From NCBI GenBank assembly GCA_050246755.1, contig JBFWVL010000001.1:1824001-1888000 (forward strand): a DNA stretch of 64,000 bases. The letters are read 5' to 3'. This document shows, piece by piece, positions 55,740 to 64,000 of this stretch. Positions within the stretch are counted from its first letter, which is position 1, and every line of letters starts with the position of its first letter. The DNA is from Bacteriovoracia bacterium. GTDB lineage: Bacteria; Bdellovibrionota; UBA1018; CAIPTA01. The notes below the pieces were generated by a model. That model made no database searches and was not told the DNA's origin. It worked only from the letters and a program-made list of their open reading frames with translations. A program made the translations under genes and the position numbers.

Positions 55740-56933
55740 ATGTGGATCCTCGCTCTTTTCGCGCTTAGCTCCGCTCACGCGGCGCCGGCTCAGCCCAAAG
55801 TGGTGCAAAAGCAGGATCTTCAGCATATTCAGGAAGAAGTGCGCCGGCTGGAGAACAGCATCAAATCGGCGCAGGAAACGGCCGCTTCGCTTTCTTCGGA
55901 GCTCGGCAAGCTCGAAAAACTTTTGAAGCTCCAGGCCCTCGAGATCCAGCTGTCTTCGCTTGAGCTCGAAAAACTCGGCGATCACGTGCAGGAAATGACG
56001 ATGCGCCGGGATAGCCTCCAGCAAAGCATCAATACGCGTAAAGCCCGACTGCGCCATTTGCTCTCGCTGTTGCCCACGCTGGAAACGCGTTCGCCGATCG
56101 CGCGCCTCACCGAATCCGATGGGCCCTACCTCGTGCAGTACAAGGAATTGCTCGGAAAAATTTTGAAGACCGACCGTGAAGAAATCGTTTCCCTGCGAAA
56201 GGTACTGGATGAAGTGCAGTCGCTGAACGAGAAGCTGGCCGACGACCGGGAGCGCCTGGTAGCGCATAATGAAGACCTGCGCGAGAAGCAGGAAGTGCTC
56301 GAGCTGAACCAGAAGTTAAAAAAAGATCTCCTGCGCAAGACTCGGGCCGAGCAAACGGACCGGTTGCGGGCGTACCAGTCGGCGAAGGCCGCCGAGAGCG
56401 AGCTCGAAACCGTGCTGAGCCGCTTCAATATTGCGGCCGAGCTTAAGAAGCAGCAGGATGAAGCATTGGCGATTACGCCCGTTCCGCGGCGGCCGGGCGT
56501 GGGATTTGCCGCCCGCAAAGGCGGCCTCGTTCTTCCCGCCGAAGGGGACATCGTTACCAGCTTCGGGCGGCGCTACGATCCAAAAACGAGTTTGTATACT
56601 TTTCACAAAGGCGTAGACATTCAGTCCGGATCGGCGGCGCCGGTGAAGGCCGTTTTTGCCGGAAAAGTGGTGTTCTCGGGTAAGATCGGCGGCTACGGGC
56701 AGCTGCTAATTCTCGACCACGGTGATCAGTACTATAGTCTCGTGGGCCAGCTCGGTGAGAGCCTCAAACAAGAGGGGGATGAGGCGAAGGAGGGCGAAAT
56801 GATCGGCCGTTCCTCGCTCGACGGTACCCCCGTCTATTTTGAGATCCGCCAGCGCCATATTGCCGTGAATCCGGTACCGTGGTTTGTGGCGAAAGAGAAA
56901 AGCCGCCACTTGAGCGCGAAACTTCCCGAGTGA
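55740..56933 (+). CDS. envC: Murein hydrolase activator EnvC
   Basis: Signal peptide, long coiled coil and an M23 domain lacking HxH. Confidence 0.85.
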   Translation: MWILALFALSSAHAAPAQPKVVQKQDLQHIQEEVRRLENSIKSAQETAASLSSELGKLEKLLKLQALEIQLSSLELEKLGDHVQEMTMRRDSLQQSINTRKARLRHLLSLLPTLETRSPIARLTESDGPYLVQYKELLGKILKTDREEIVSLRKVLDEVQSLNEKLADDRERLVAHNEDLREKQEVLELNQKLKKDLLRKTRAEQTDRLRAYQSAKAAESELETVLSRFNIAAELKKQQDEALAITPVPRRPGVGFAARKGGLVLPAEGDIVTSFGRRYDPKTSLYTFHKGVDIQSGSAAPVKAVFAGKVVFSGKIGGYGQLLILDHGDQYYSLVGQLGESLKQEGDEAKEGEMIGRSSLDGTPVYFEIRQRHIAVNPVPWFVAKEKSRHLSAKLPE

Positions 56934-56988
56934 TCCAAACTCTGCGAAAATAGTAGGGACCAATTCCCGTGTTCGCGAAAGGATTCCC

Positions 56989-58332
56989 ATGCGTTCCGCC
57001 CATTTGCTATTGTTGTTCTCCTTCGTGTCTTCTTCCGTGCTGGCCGCTGAGGCCGAGAAGAAAGACGCCGTTGTTTCGAACGCGAAGTACGACGATATCG
57101 CGCTCTTCGGGCGCGTGATCAATTTCATCGAAAAACAATACGTGGATAAGGTGAATACCAAAGAGCTCGTGTACGGCGCGATCAAAGGAATGCTCGAGAC
57201 GCTCGATCCCCACTCGAATTTCATGCCGCCCGATATCTATACCCAGCTGAAAACCGACACGGCCGGAAAATTCGGCGGCCTCGGGATCGAAGTATGGGTG
57301 AACAAGGATGGAGTGCTCACCGTGGTCACGCCGATGGAAGGCACGCCCGCTTGGAAAGCCGGGATCAAGCCGGGAGACCGCATCCTGCGCATCAATAACG
57401 ACTCGACCAAGGGCATGAGCATCGTGGAGGCCACCTCGAAAATTCGCGGCGATATCGGTACCTCGATCAAGTTCACCGTGCAGCGCGACGGCGTAAGCAA
57501 GCCGCTCGAATTCACGATGAAGCGCGTTTCCATCGACGTGAAAAGCGTGAAGTACGAATTGCTCGCGGGGAACTATGGCTACGTGAAGCTCAATCATTTC
57601 CAGGAAAAATCGGCGCAGGAGATGAAGGCCGCGATCAAAAAAATGGAAGCCAAGCAGAAGCTCGCGGGTCTGATCCTGGATTTGCGCAATAATCCCGGCG
57701 GATTGCTCGACGAAGCGGTGGAAAGCGCCAATCTTTTCATCGACGGGGGCGTGATCGTTTCCACTATCGGCCGCAATAAAGACGAGAAGGACATGAAATA
57801 CGCTAAGTCGGGGATTGCGCGCCTCGATTTCCCCATCGTGGCCCTGGTGAACGGCAGCTCGGCTTCCGCCGCGGAGATTATGGCCGGTGCCCTGAAAGAT
57901 CATAAGCGCGCCCTTATCGCGGGCCAGCGCACCTTCGGCAAAGGATCGGTGCAGACCGTGATTCCACTTGCCGAAGACGTGGGCCTCAAGCTCACGATCG
58001 CTCGTTACTATACGCCGAATGGGATTTCCATTCAGGCCAAGGGCATCGAACCCGATATCTACCTCGACGATATTGATCCCGACACGGTGAAGCGCATCCG
58101 TAAGCGCAACAAGACGATGAGTGAGGCTGACCTCAAAAATCATATCGTGGAAGGGAACGGAGATCGCAATGCTAAGGGCGAGGGTGATAGCGACGAAGAA
58201 AAAGCGCAAGAGGCCAAAGATTCCGTACCCCGCCTGCTTGATCCCAAAGAGGATTATCAAGTACAACAGGCTCTGAACTACCTAAAGACCATGAATTTCA
58301 AGGCTCCCAATACCGGCCCCGTAACGTTATGA
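56989..58332 (+). CDS. ctpA: S41 carboxy-terminal processing protease
   Basis: LDPHS, PDZ GLGI, DLRNNPGGLL, SASAAEI and FGKGSVQ. Confidence 0.93.
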   Translation: MRSAHLLLLFSFVSSSVLAAEAEKKDAVVSNAKYDDIALFGRVINFIEKQYVDKVNTKELVYGAIKGMLETLDPHSNFMPPDIYTQLKTDTAGKFGGLGIEVWVNKDGVLTVVTPMEGTPAWKAGIKPGDRILRINNDSTKGMSIVEATSKIRGDIGTSIKFTVQRDGVSKPLEFTMKRVSIDVKSVKYELLAGNYGYVKLNHFQEKSAQEMKAAIKKMEAKQKLAGLILDLRNNPGGLLDEAVESANLFIDGGVIVSTIGRNKDEKDMKYAKSGIARLDFPIVALVNGSSASAAEIMAGALKDHKRALIAGQRTFGKGSVQTVIPLAEDVGLKLTIARYYTPNGISIQAKGIEPDIYLDDIDPDTVKRIRKRNKTMSEADLKNHIVEGNGDRNAKGEGDSDEEKAQEAKDSVPRLLDPKEDYQVQQALNYLKTMNFKAPNTGPVTL

Positions 58333-59561
58333 ACTTATTCGAAACGCAAGACGATCTTTTCGGCCGCCCCCAGGAAGGCGAAGAGAAGATCGTGAGCGTT
58401 TCGGAGCTGACGGCCGCCGTAAAGGAATTGCTGGAAGAAGGTATCGGTTCGATCTCGGTGCGCGGGGAAATTTCCAACTGGCGCCCGGCCGCAAGCGGGC
58501 ATATTTATTTTTCGCTTAAAGATACCGACGCCACGATCGCCTCCGCTTTTTTCCGCGCCGCCGCCGCCAAGGCCAAGCACCTTAATTTGAAAGACGGCGT
58601 GGAAGTGGTGTGCCGGGGAAGAATTTCCGTTTACGCCCCTCGCGGCACCTACCAGATCATCGTGGAGAGCATCGAACTCGTGGGTGCCGGTAGCCTCCAG
58701 GAAAAATTCGAAGCTCTGAAAAGAAAACTTTTTGCCGAAGGCCTCTTCGATGCGGAACGAAAGCGCGCCTTGCCGCTCCTTCCCTCGCGCATCGTGGTGA
58801 TCACCAGCCCTACTGGCGCCGCGATCCGCGACGTGCTCTCCGTGCTGAAGCGCCGCTCGGCCGGCGTGAGCGTGATGATCATCCCGGCTTTGGTACAGGG
58901 CGAATGCGCCCCCGCTGAGCTTATTAAGGCATTGCGCACGGCCAACGAATATAAGCTCGGCGACGTGATTTTGCTCACTCGCGGCGGGGGATCGCTCGAA
59001 GACTTGTGGTGCTTCAACGACGAAAATCTCGCGCGCGAAATTTTTAACTCCGCCATTCCGGTGGTGAGCGCCGTGGGCCACGAAATTGATTTTACGATCG
59101 CTGATTTCGTGGCGGACCTTCGCGCCGCCACGCCTTCGGCCGCCGCCGAGCTGCTCGTGCAGGAGCAAGGCGCGCTCCTCGAGAATCTTCGCGAGGCGGA
59201 GCTTCGTCTCGTGCGTGCCGTCCAAAACGAGCTCGAGCAGGCCGGCCTTCGCGTGGCGAACCTTGCGGCTCGCCTGAAGAATCCCCTCGATCGTATCAAT
59301 GATTTGCGGCTTCGCTTCGACGATTGGCAGGAACGCCTCGCCTCTGGCATGCAACAGACGATCACGCGACAACGCGAGCGTTTGCTTCGCTTTGAGGGGT
59401 CGCTCCAGGCGCTTTCCCCTCTCCAAGTATTAGAGCGCGGCTATAGCATCGCGTTTGCCGCCGACGGACAGGCGCTGAAGAGCGCCGCGGAGCTGCCCAA
59501 GGGCACGAAATTTCAGTTGCGCCTGCACGACGGCACGATCGCCGCGGAAGCGAAGGGCTAA
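58329..59561 (+). CDS. xseA: Exodeoxyribonuclease VII large subunit
   Basis: GEISN, SGHIYFSLKD, TSPTGAA.RD, RGGGS.EDL, SAVGHE.D and ATPSAAAE. Confidence 0.96.
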   Translation: MNLFETQDDLFGRPQEGEEKIVSVSELTAAVKELLEEGIGSISVRGEISNWRPAASGHIYFSLKDTDATIASAFFRAAAAKAKHLNLKDGVEVVCRGRISVYAPRGTYQIIVESIELVGAGSLQEKFEALKRKLFAEGLFDAERKRALPLLPSRIVVITSPTGAAIRDVLSVLKRRSAGVSVMIIPALVQGECAPAELIKALRTANEYKLGDVILLTRGGGSLEDLWCFNDENLAREIFNSAIPVVSAVGHEIDFTIADFVADLRAATPSAAAELLVQEQGALLENLREAELRLVRAVQNELEQAGLRVANLAARLKNPLDRINDLRLRFDDWQERLASGMQQTITRQRERLLRFEGSLQALSPLQVLERGYSIAFAADGQALKSAAELPKGTKFQLRLHDGTIAAEAKG

Positions 59562-59573
59562 GGGGACAAGGCC

Positions 59574-61244
59574 ATGGAGAGGGTTTGGATCGTAAGCGAG
59601 GATTTATACGCCAAGCGCGATGAGTTCCCGCGTTATCCGCAGGCCGAGATCGTGATTCTTCCTTCGCTGAAGGATTTCCGCGAGCAGCTCGCCGCCGGTG
59701 AACGCGCGTTATTGCTTTCCGGCCTCGATAACTTGCGGCGCGCCCACGAGGAATTTCCCGACCGCCTGACCTCCGCCCTGCTCCCACCCGACGCCAACCC
59801 CGATCGCCTCGTGTATTCGATCCGCGCGCTCATCCGCGATGCCAAGCTGGAGCACGATCTCGGCGCGGCCGATAATGTGTCCTGGAGTGGAGGAGCCGGG
59901 GCCTTCGATGATCCCTCAATCGAGCTGCTCGGCGCGAGCATCCTGGAGCTTTCCGCTGCCCGCGACATGGAATCGGTGGATCAGGCGGTGAAGAAAGTCT
60001 GCGCCGGCATGGCCCCGGTGCTAGAAGCGCGCGTGCTGGCCTATCCCGAAACGGCGAGCGTGCGGGAAATGAGCCAATACCAGCTGGCAATGCCCGTGCA
60101 TTTTCAGGGCAGCCTGAAGGCGCATATTTATATCCGTTTCGACGGCGACCCGGAGCAAAGCGCGCTCGACCGGGTAGGAGAGATTTTACTCAATCTCAGC
60201 GACGCCGTGGCTCTTTCGGTGGAGCGGAACCGCATGCTTTCCCGCGCCGAAGAAACGAAAGCAGTTTGGGAAGCGAGCTTCGACGCGGTGGAAGATCCCG
60301 TGGCCATCCTCGACGAAAGCTACCGCGTGCTGCGCGGTAACCGCGCCTACAGCCGCTTCACCGATACGCCGCTCAAGATGCTGCAGGGTAAGAATCCCGG
60401 GTTCGTCAGCGTGGCCGAGCTCGCGCAATTTCCCAGTGAAAAATCCAGCGAGTTCGAGGTTTCTCACGGAGGCCGACAGTACCGCGCGTTCTTCGATCCC
60501 ATTCCGCAACCCCTCGGCGCCGGCTGCTACGTGCTGCGCTTTCACGATATTACCGAAGAGCGCACCCTTACCGAGAAGATCTTGGCCAAGGAGCAGGTTT
60601 CGGAACTCGGGATCCTGGTGGGATCCGTGGCGCACGAGATCAACAATCCCATCGGCGGCATTCTTGCCATCGGCCAGATTTTGATGAAGGACATTGGCGC
60701 GCAAGAACCGCTCTACGGAGATATCGAGAATATCGTGCAGAGCGCGGAACGCTGCCGCAAGATCATCCAGACCATGCTTTCTCTCGTGCGCAAGGCCGAC
60801 GAGGAGAAGAAAGCGCTCGGCATCGCGGACTGCATCCAGAGCGCCCTCGATTTACTCGGCTCGGAGGCCAAGCGCCTTCAGGTAAGGCTGCGGTTCGCAC
60901 CCAATTCGGGCACGATGAACCTGCAGGCGGTGGGAAACCGGAATCGCCTGTTGCAGATGTTTTTTCATCTCCTGCAGCAGTCCCTGCTCGCCATCGCCGA
61001 ACGCAGAAAGCGCGATCAGTTCGATCCTTACCTCGCCATCGAGCTGATCCCGGGCTACCAGAACCTCGAAGTGCGCATCGAGGATAACGGTGATCCCATC
61101 AAGCACGAATACGAGATCCAAAGCTCGGTGGCTTTCACGGTTTCGAAGATGATTCTAGAGGAGCATGAGCTTGGTTATTTTTTCTCGAAGCTCGAGGGCA
61201 AGAACCAGCAGCGACTGATTTTTAATCTGCCCGAGCGAAACTAA
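59574..61244 (+). CDS. PAS + HisKA sensor with a degenerate ATP-binding domain (pseudo-histidine kinase)
   Basis: PAS (WEASFDAVEDPV) and H-box AHEINNP are present. The N-box Asn residues and the F/G2 boxes are absent. Confidence 0.8.
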   Translation: MERVWIVSEDLYAKRDEFPRYPQAEIVILPSLKDFREQLAAGERALLLSGLDNLRRAHEEFPDRLTSALLPPDANPDRLVYSIRALIRDAKLEHDLGAADNVSWSGGAGAFDDPSIELLGASILELSAARDMESVDQAVKKVCAGMAPVLEARVLAYPETASVREMSQYQLAMPVHFQGSLKAHIYIRFDGDPEQSALDRVGEILLNLSDAVALSVERNRMLSRAEETKAVWEASFDAVEDPVAILDESYRVLRGNRAYSRFTDTPLKMLQGKNPGFVSVAELAQFPSEKSSEFEVSHGGRQYRAFFDPIPQPLGAGCYVLRFHDITEERTLTEKILAKEQVSELGILVGSVAHEINNPIGGILAIGQILMKDIGAQEPLYGDIENIVQSAERCRKIIQTMLSLVRKADEEKKALGIADCIQSALDLLGSEAKRLQVRLRFAPNSGTMNLQAVGNRNRLLQMFFHLLQQSLLAIAERRKRDQFDPYLAIELIPGYQNLEVRIEDNGDPIKHEYEIQSSVAFTVSKMILEEHELGYFFSKLEGKNQQRLIFNLPERN

Positions 61245-62524
61245 ACTTCCGCCAGATATTTCTTCGTGAGCACTTTCGCGGCCTCCACGCCGGGCTGATC
61301 GAAGGGATTGAGCTCCATGAGGGCGCCCGCTATCGCGGTGGTGCTTTCGCAGAAGAAAAACAAAGCGCCCACGGCGAATTCGTCGAGGTGGTCCACTTCG
61401 ATCGTGCAATTGGGTACGCCCTGATTGGTGAGCGCATCGCGGGTGGCGCGGAATTCCGCATCGAATAGATGGAGCATGGATTTTCCGCGCAGTTCTTCGA
61501 ACGACGGTAATCCCGCCACCTTTTCCGGCAGGGTAAGCGGCAAAGTCTCCCGGCTCTCTTTCACGTGCACGAGGATCACTACCTTATCGCGCGGGCCTTC
61601 CATATAAAGCTGCATCTGCGAGTGCTGGTCGGTGGTGCCGATGGCGGGGTAAGGGGTAAAGCCGTGCCCGCCTTTGCCTAGGCTCTCGGCCCAAAGCTGG
61701 CAAAACCAGCGGGAGAAAGCCTGGAGCCGCGAGCTGTAGGGCATGAATATGGTGATGGGGAACTTGCGGGCGTTTTCTACCAGCGAGCGGGCGAGGCGGG
61801 CGCAGGGGTTTTCGTCCCAGGCGTTCTTCTCCCAGACGGCTACGGAGCGCGCACCTTCGAGAAAGGCGGGAAGCGAAAGGCCCACGAACGCCGCGGGAAA
61901 AAGGCCCACGGGCGTGAGCACGGAAAATCTCCCACCCACGGGCGAGGGCACGTCGAGGCAGGCGAGATTCCAGCGCGAAGCCAGCTCGCGGAGATCGCCT
62001 TTGCTGGGATCCGTGCAAAGCACGAAATGCTTTTTCCAGTCATTATCAGGAAGTTTCTTCTGGGCCCAGGCAAGCGAGACCAGGAACTGGGAGATCGTTT
62101 CCGGCGTTTTTCCCGACTTAGAAACCACGTAGAAGAGGGTGGTTTCGGGATCCAGGTTTTGGAGCATCCACTGGAACCAAACGGGGTCGTTATTGTCCAT
62201 GAAATGGAAGTGGGGCGCTTCTCCCATCGGCTTAAGCGCGCGCAGCATCGTCTCGGGGCCGAGGCTCGAGCCGCCGGTGCCGAGGAGAACGAAGTCTTTG
62301 ATTTTTTTCCCGGTGCTGCCGTGTTGGCGCTCTCGGGCGAGCTTTTCGATTTCGGAAAAATTCGGGAAGCAGTCGCTGCCCGGATCGAGGAGCCGGCGGT
62401 ATCCCGCGAAGTCCGACGAATGCCATTCCTTGAGTTTGCTCTCGATGAGCTTGGCTTTTTCGGTCCCGATGGGCGCATCGAAGCCGGGAATTTTTGCGTC
62501 GATAAGCTGGAGCGATTCTCTCAC
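61241..62524 (-). CDS. pgi: Glucose-6-phosphate isomerase
   Basis: GTGGSSLG, SKSG.T.ET, GGRFSVL, QLWAESLGK, DQHS and PFDQPGVE. Confidence 0.95.
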   Translation of the reverse strand: MRESLQLIDAKIPGFDAPIGTEKAKLIESKLKEWHSSDFAGYRRLLDPGSDCFPNFSEIEKLARERQHGSTGKKIKDFVLLGTGGSSLGPETMLRALKPMGEAPHFHFMDNNDPVWFQWMLQNLDPETTLFYVVSKSGKTPETISQFLVSLAWAQKKLPDNDWKKHFVLCTDPSKGDLRELASRWNLACLDVPSPVGGRFSVLTPVGLFPAAFVGLSLPAFLEGARSVAVWEKNAWDENPCARLARSLVENARKFPITIFMPYSSRLQAFSRWFCQLWAESLGKGGHGFTPYPAIGTTDQHSQMQLYMEGPRDKVVILVHVKESRETLPLTLPEKVAGLPSFEELRGKSMLHLFDAEFRATRDALTNQGVPNCTIEVDHLDEFAVGALFFFCESTTAIAGALMELNPFDQPGVEAAKVLTKKYLAEV

Positions 62525-63651
62525 TATAGGTTCCTCGAAATTAAGATGCGCTGCACCTGGCTCGTGCCTTCCACAATTTGCAGCATTTTGGCTTCGCGCA
62601 TGTAGCGCTCCACCGTGAATTCTTCCATATACCCATAGCCGCCCAAAACCTGCACGGCATTCACGGTGATCTGCATGCAGGCCTCCGTGGCTTTCAGCTT
62701 GGCCATAGAGGCCTCCAGCACGAACGGTTCGCCGCGGTCTTTCACCATCGCGGCCTTTAGCACGAGCAGCCGCGAGGCCTCGAGCTCCGTGGCCATGTCG
62801 GCGAGCATAAAGGAGATGCCCTGAAAATCCATGAGCGGTTTGCCGAACTGCTCTCGTTCTTTGGCGTAGGCCACGGCTTTATTGAGGGCGGCCCGGGATA
62901 TCCCGTTCGCGATGGCCCCCATGGAGATGCGGCCGGAATCGAGCGCCCGCTTGGCCACCACGAAGCCTTCTCCCTCGGCGCCCACGATATTTTCGGCCGG
63001 AATTTCTACGTTATCGAAAATCAATTCTTGGGTAGGCGAAACGCGCATGCCCATTTTCTTTTCGATCTTGCCGCCCTTCACGCCGGGAAAATTCTTTTCC
63101 ACGATGAAGGCGCTGATCCCCTTGGATCCCGCGCCGCCCGTGCGGGCCATCACGAGGAAAGTATCGGCGGCTATTCCGTGCGTGATGAATTGCTTCACGC
63201 CGTTGAGAATATATTTATTTCCTTTTTTCACGGCGGTGCTCCGCAGGCTGGCGGCATCGGAGCCGGAATTCGCCTCGGTTAGGCAAAATGCCCCGATCGC
63301 CGTACCCGCGATCAGGGGAGGAATATACTTTTTCTTCTGAGTGTCCGTGCCAAATTTGTCGATGATCGCAAGCGGCAAACCTGTTACGGAAAAGGAAACG
63401 GCGTAGCCCGAGGAAACCTGAGAGATCGTCTCGAGCATCAGCGTATATTCCGTGGCACCTAGGCCAGCGCCGCCGAAATCGGGAGAAAACATAATTCCCA
63501 ATAGGCCTGCTTGTCCGGCTTTGGGAAAAAGTTCCGGGCGGAAACGCGCCTGTGCTTCGTCTTCTTCGATGATGGGGGAAATTTCTTTGGCCGCGAACTT
63601 AGCGGCGATATCCACAATTTCTCTTTGGGTTTCGCTGAGGGTGAAATCCAT
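62524..63651 (-). CDS. Acyl-CoA dehydrogenase
   Basis: SD GGAG before ATG 63651. FCLTE..SGSD, R.QFGK, QVLGGYGY and IVEGT. Confidence 0.93.
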   Translation of the reverse strand: MDFTLSETQREIVDIAAKFAAKEISPIIEEDEAQARFRPELFPKAGQAGLLGIMFSPDFGGAGLGATEYTLMLETISQVSSGYAVSFSVTGLPLAIIDKFGTDTQKKKYIPPLIAGTAIGAFCLTEANSGSDAASLRSTAVKKGNKYILNGVKQFITHGIAADTFLVMARTGGAGSKGISAFIVEKNFPGVKGGKIEKKMGMRVSPTQELIFDNVEIPAENIVGAEGEGFVVAKRALDSGRISMGAIANGISRAALNKAVAYAKEREQFGKPLMDFQGISFMLADMATELEASRLLVLKAAMVKDRGEPFVLEASMAKLKATEACMQITVNAVQVLGGYGYMEEFTVERYMREAKMLQIVEGTSQVQRILISRNL

Positions 63652-63805
63652 TTTGATCTCCGTTGCCACGGTGGGCCAAGACTGACACGAGATCCGTCTC
63701 GCACACGTTTCCGTTATAACTTTAACTATTCGAAAAACAAGGTTTATTCGGATTAACCCTTCGTGTTAAGATTTTTTCGAGTCACTGCAAAAACAGGTAA
63801 GTACC

Positions 63806-64000
63806 ATGAAGTTAGAGCTCATCCCCGTTGTCCGGTACTGGGATTACAATTCGAAAGAAATTTTTTCGCTCCTGGAGAAGTTCCGGGAAAGCGGCGCGGA
63901 TACTGTTGCCGCTTTCGTGCCCTGGTCTCACCTCGAGACGGATCGTCATCACCTTCTGCAAAAATTCGTGAAGCAAGCAAGCGCGAGCGGATTCTCGCTG
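63806..64000 (+). CDS. Partial ORF with a GH35/GH42 beta-galactosidase-like N-terminus
   Basis: Hand translation gives MKLELIPVVRYW...LEKFRESGADTVAAFVPWSHLE...LQKFVKQA, open to the window end. Confidence 0.5.
   Translation, partial: MKLELIPVVRYWDYNSKEIFSLLEKFRESGADTVAAFVPWSHLETDRHHLLQKFVKQASASGFSL

Noticed and set aside
55740-56933. Degenerate M23 active site as a novelty
   Set aside because: Loss of Zn ligands is normal for EnvC.
1-64000. CRISPR arrays, rRNA, tRNA, IS elements, integrases and prophage genes
   Set aside because: I saw no spaced direct repeats, cloverleafs, or transposase, integrase or phage motifs by eye. Automated scans were not run.

Overview
GC-rich bacterial chromosomal window. 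Gene content and the many orphan secreted proteins suggest Bdellovibrionota/Oligoflexia; this is an inference and no marker gene was tested. It is mostly envelope, housekeeping and DNA-repair genes: ftsY, slt-queC-DUF366, hisC-cmk-GT9-hldA, pal-DUF4398-cpoB plus a multiheme protein, ahpC, spoIID-aminotransferase IV-suhB, udg-nfeD-SPFH, uvrC, two KamA-family radical SAM genes, uvrB, flbD-motAB, serA-like-purA-tolC-macAB, a GAF sigma54 activator, tolQRAB, ftsEX-envC-ctpA-xseA, pgi and an acyl-CoA dehydrogenase. I saw no rRNA, tRNA, CRISPR array, transposase or prophage. Best leads: (1) a promoter- and terminator-bounded, roughly 390-nt hairpin-rich candidate ncRNA at about 15008-15397; (2) repeated leaderless gene starts behind sigma70- and sigma28-like promoters; (3) a caspase-fold His/Cys lipoprotein with HEAT repeats; (4) a MacA adaptor lacking its alpha-hairpin; (5) a coupled pair of apparently dead proteases (SH3b-M48 and CPBP); (6) a UvrC lacking its HhH domain, divergent from a Zn-ribbon/Tudor protein coupled to KamA; (7) a CGC-motif UshA-like/tetraheme lipoprotein in the pal-cpoB cluster. 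All family calls are by eye from motifs, and no searches were run.
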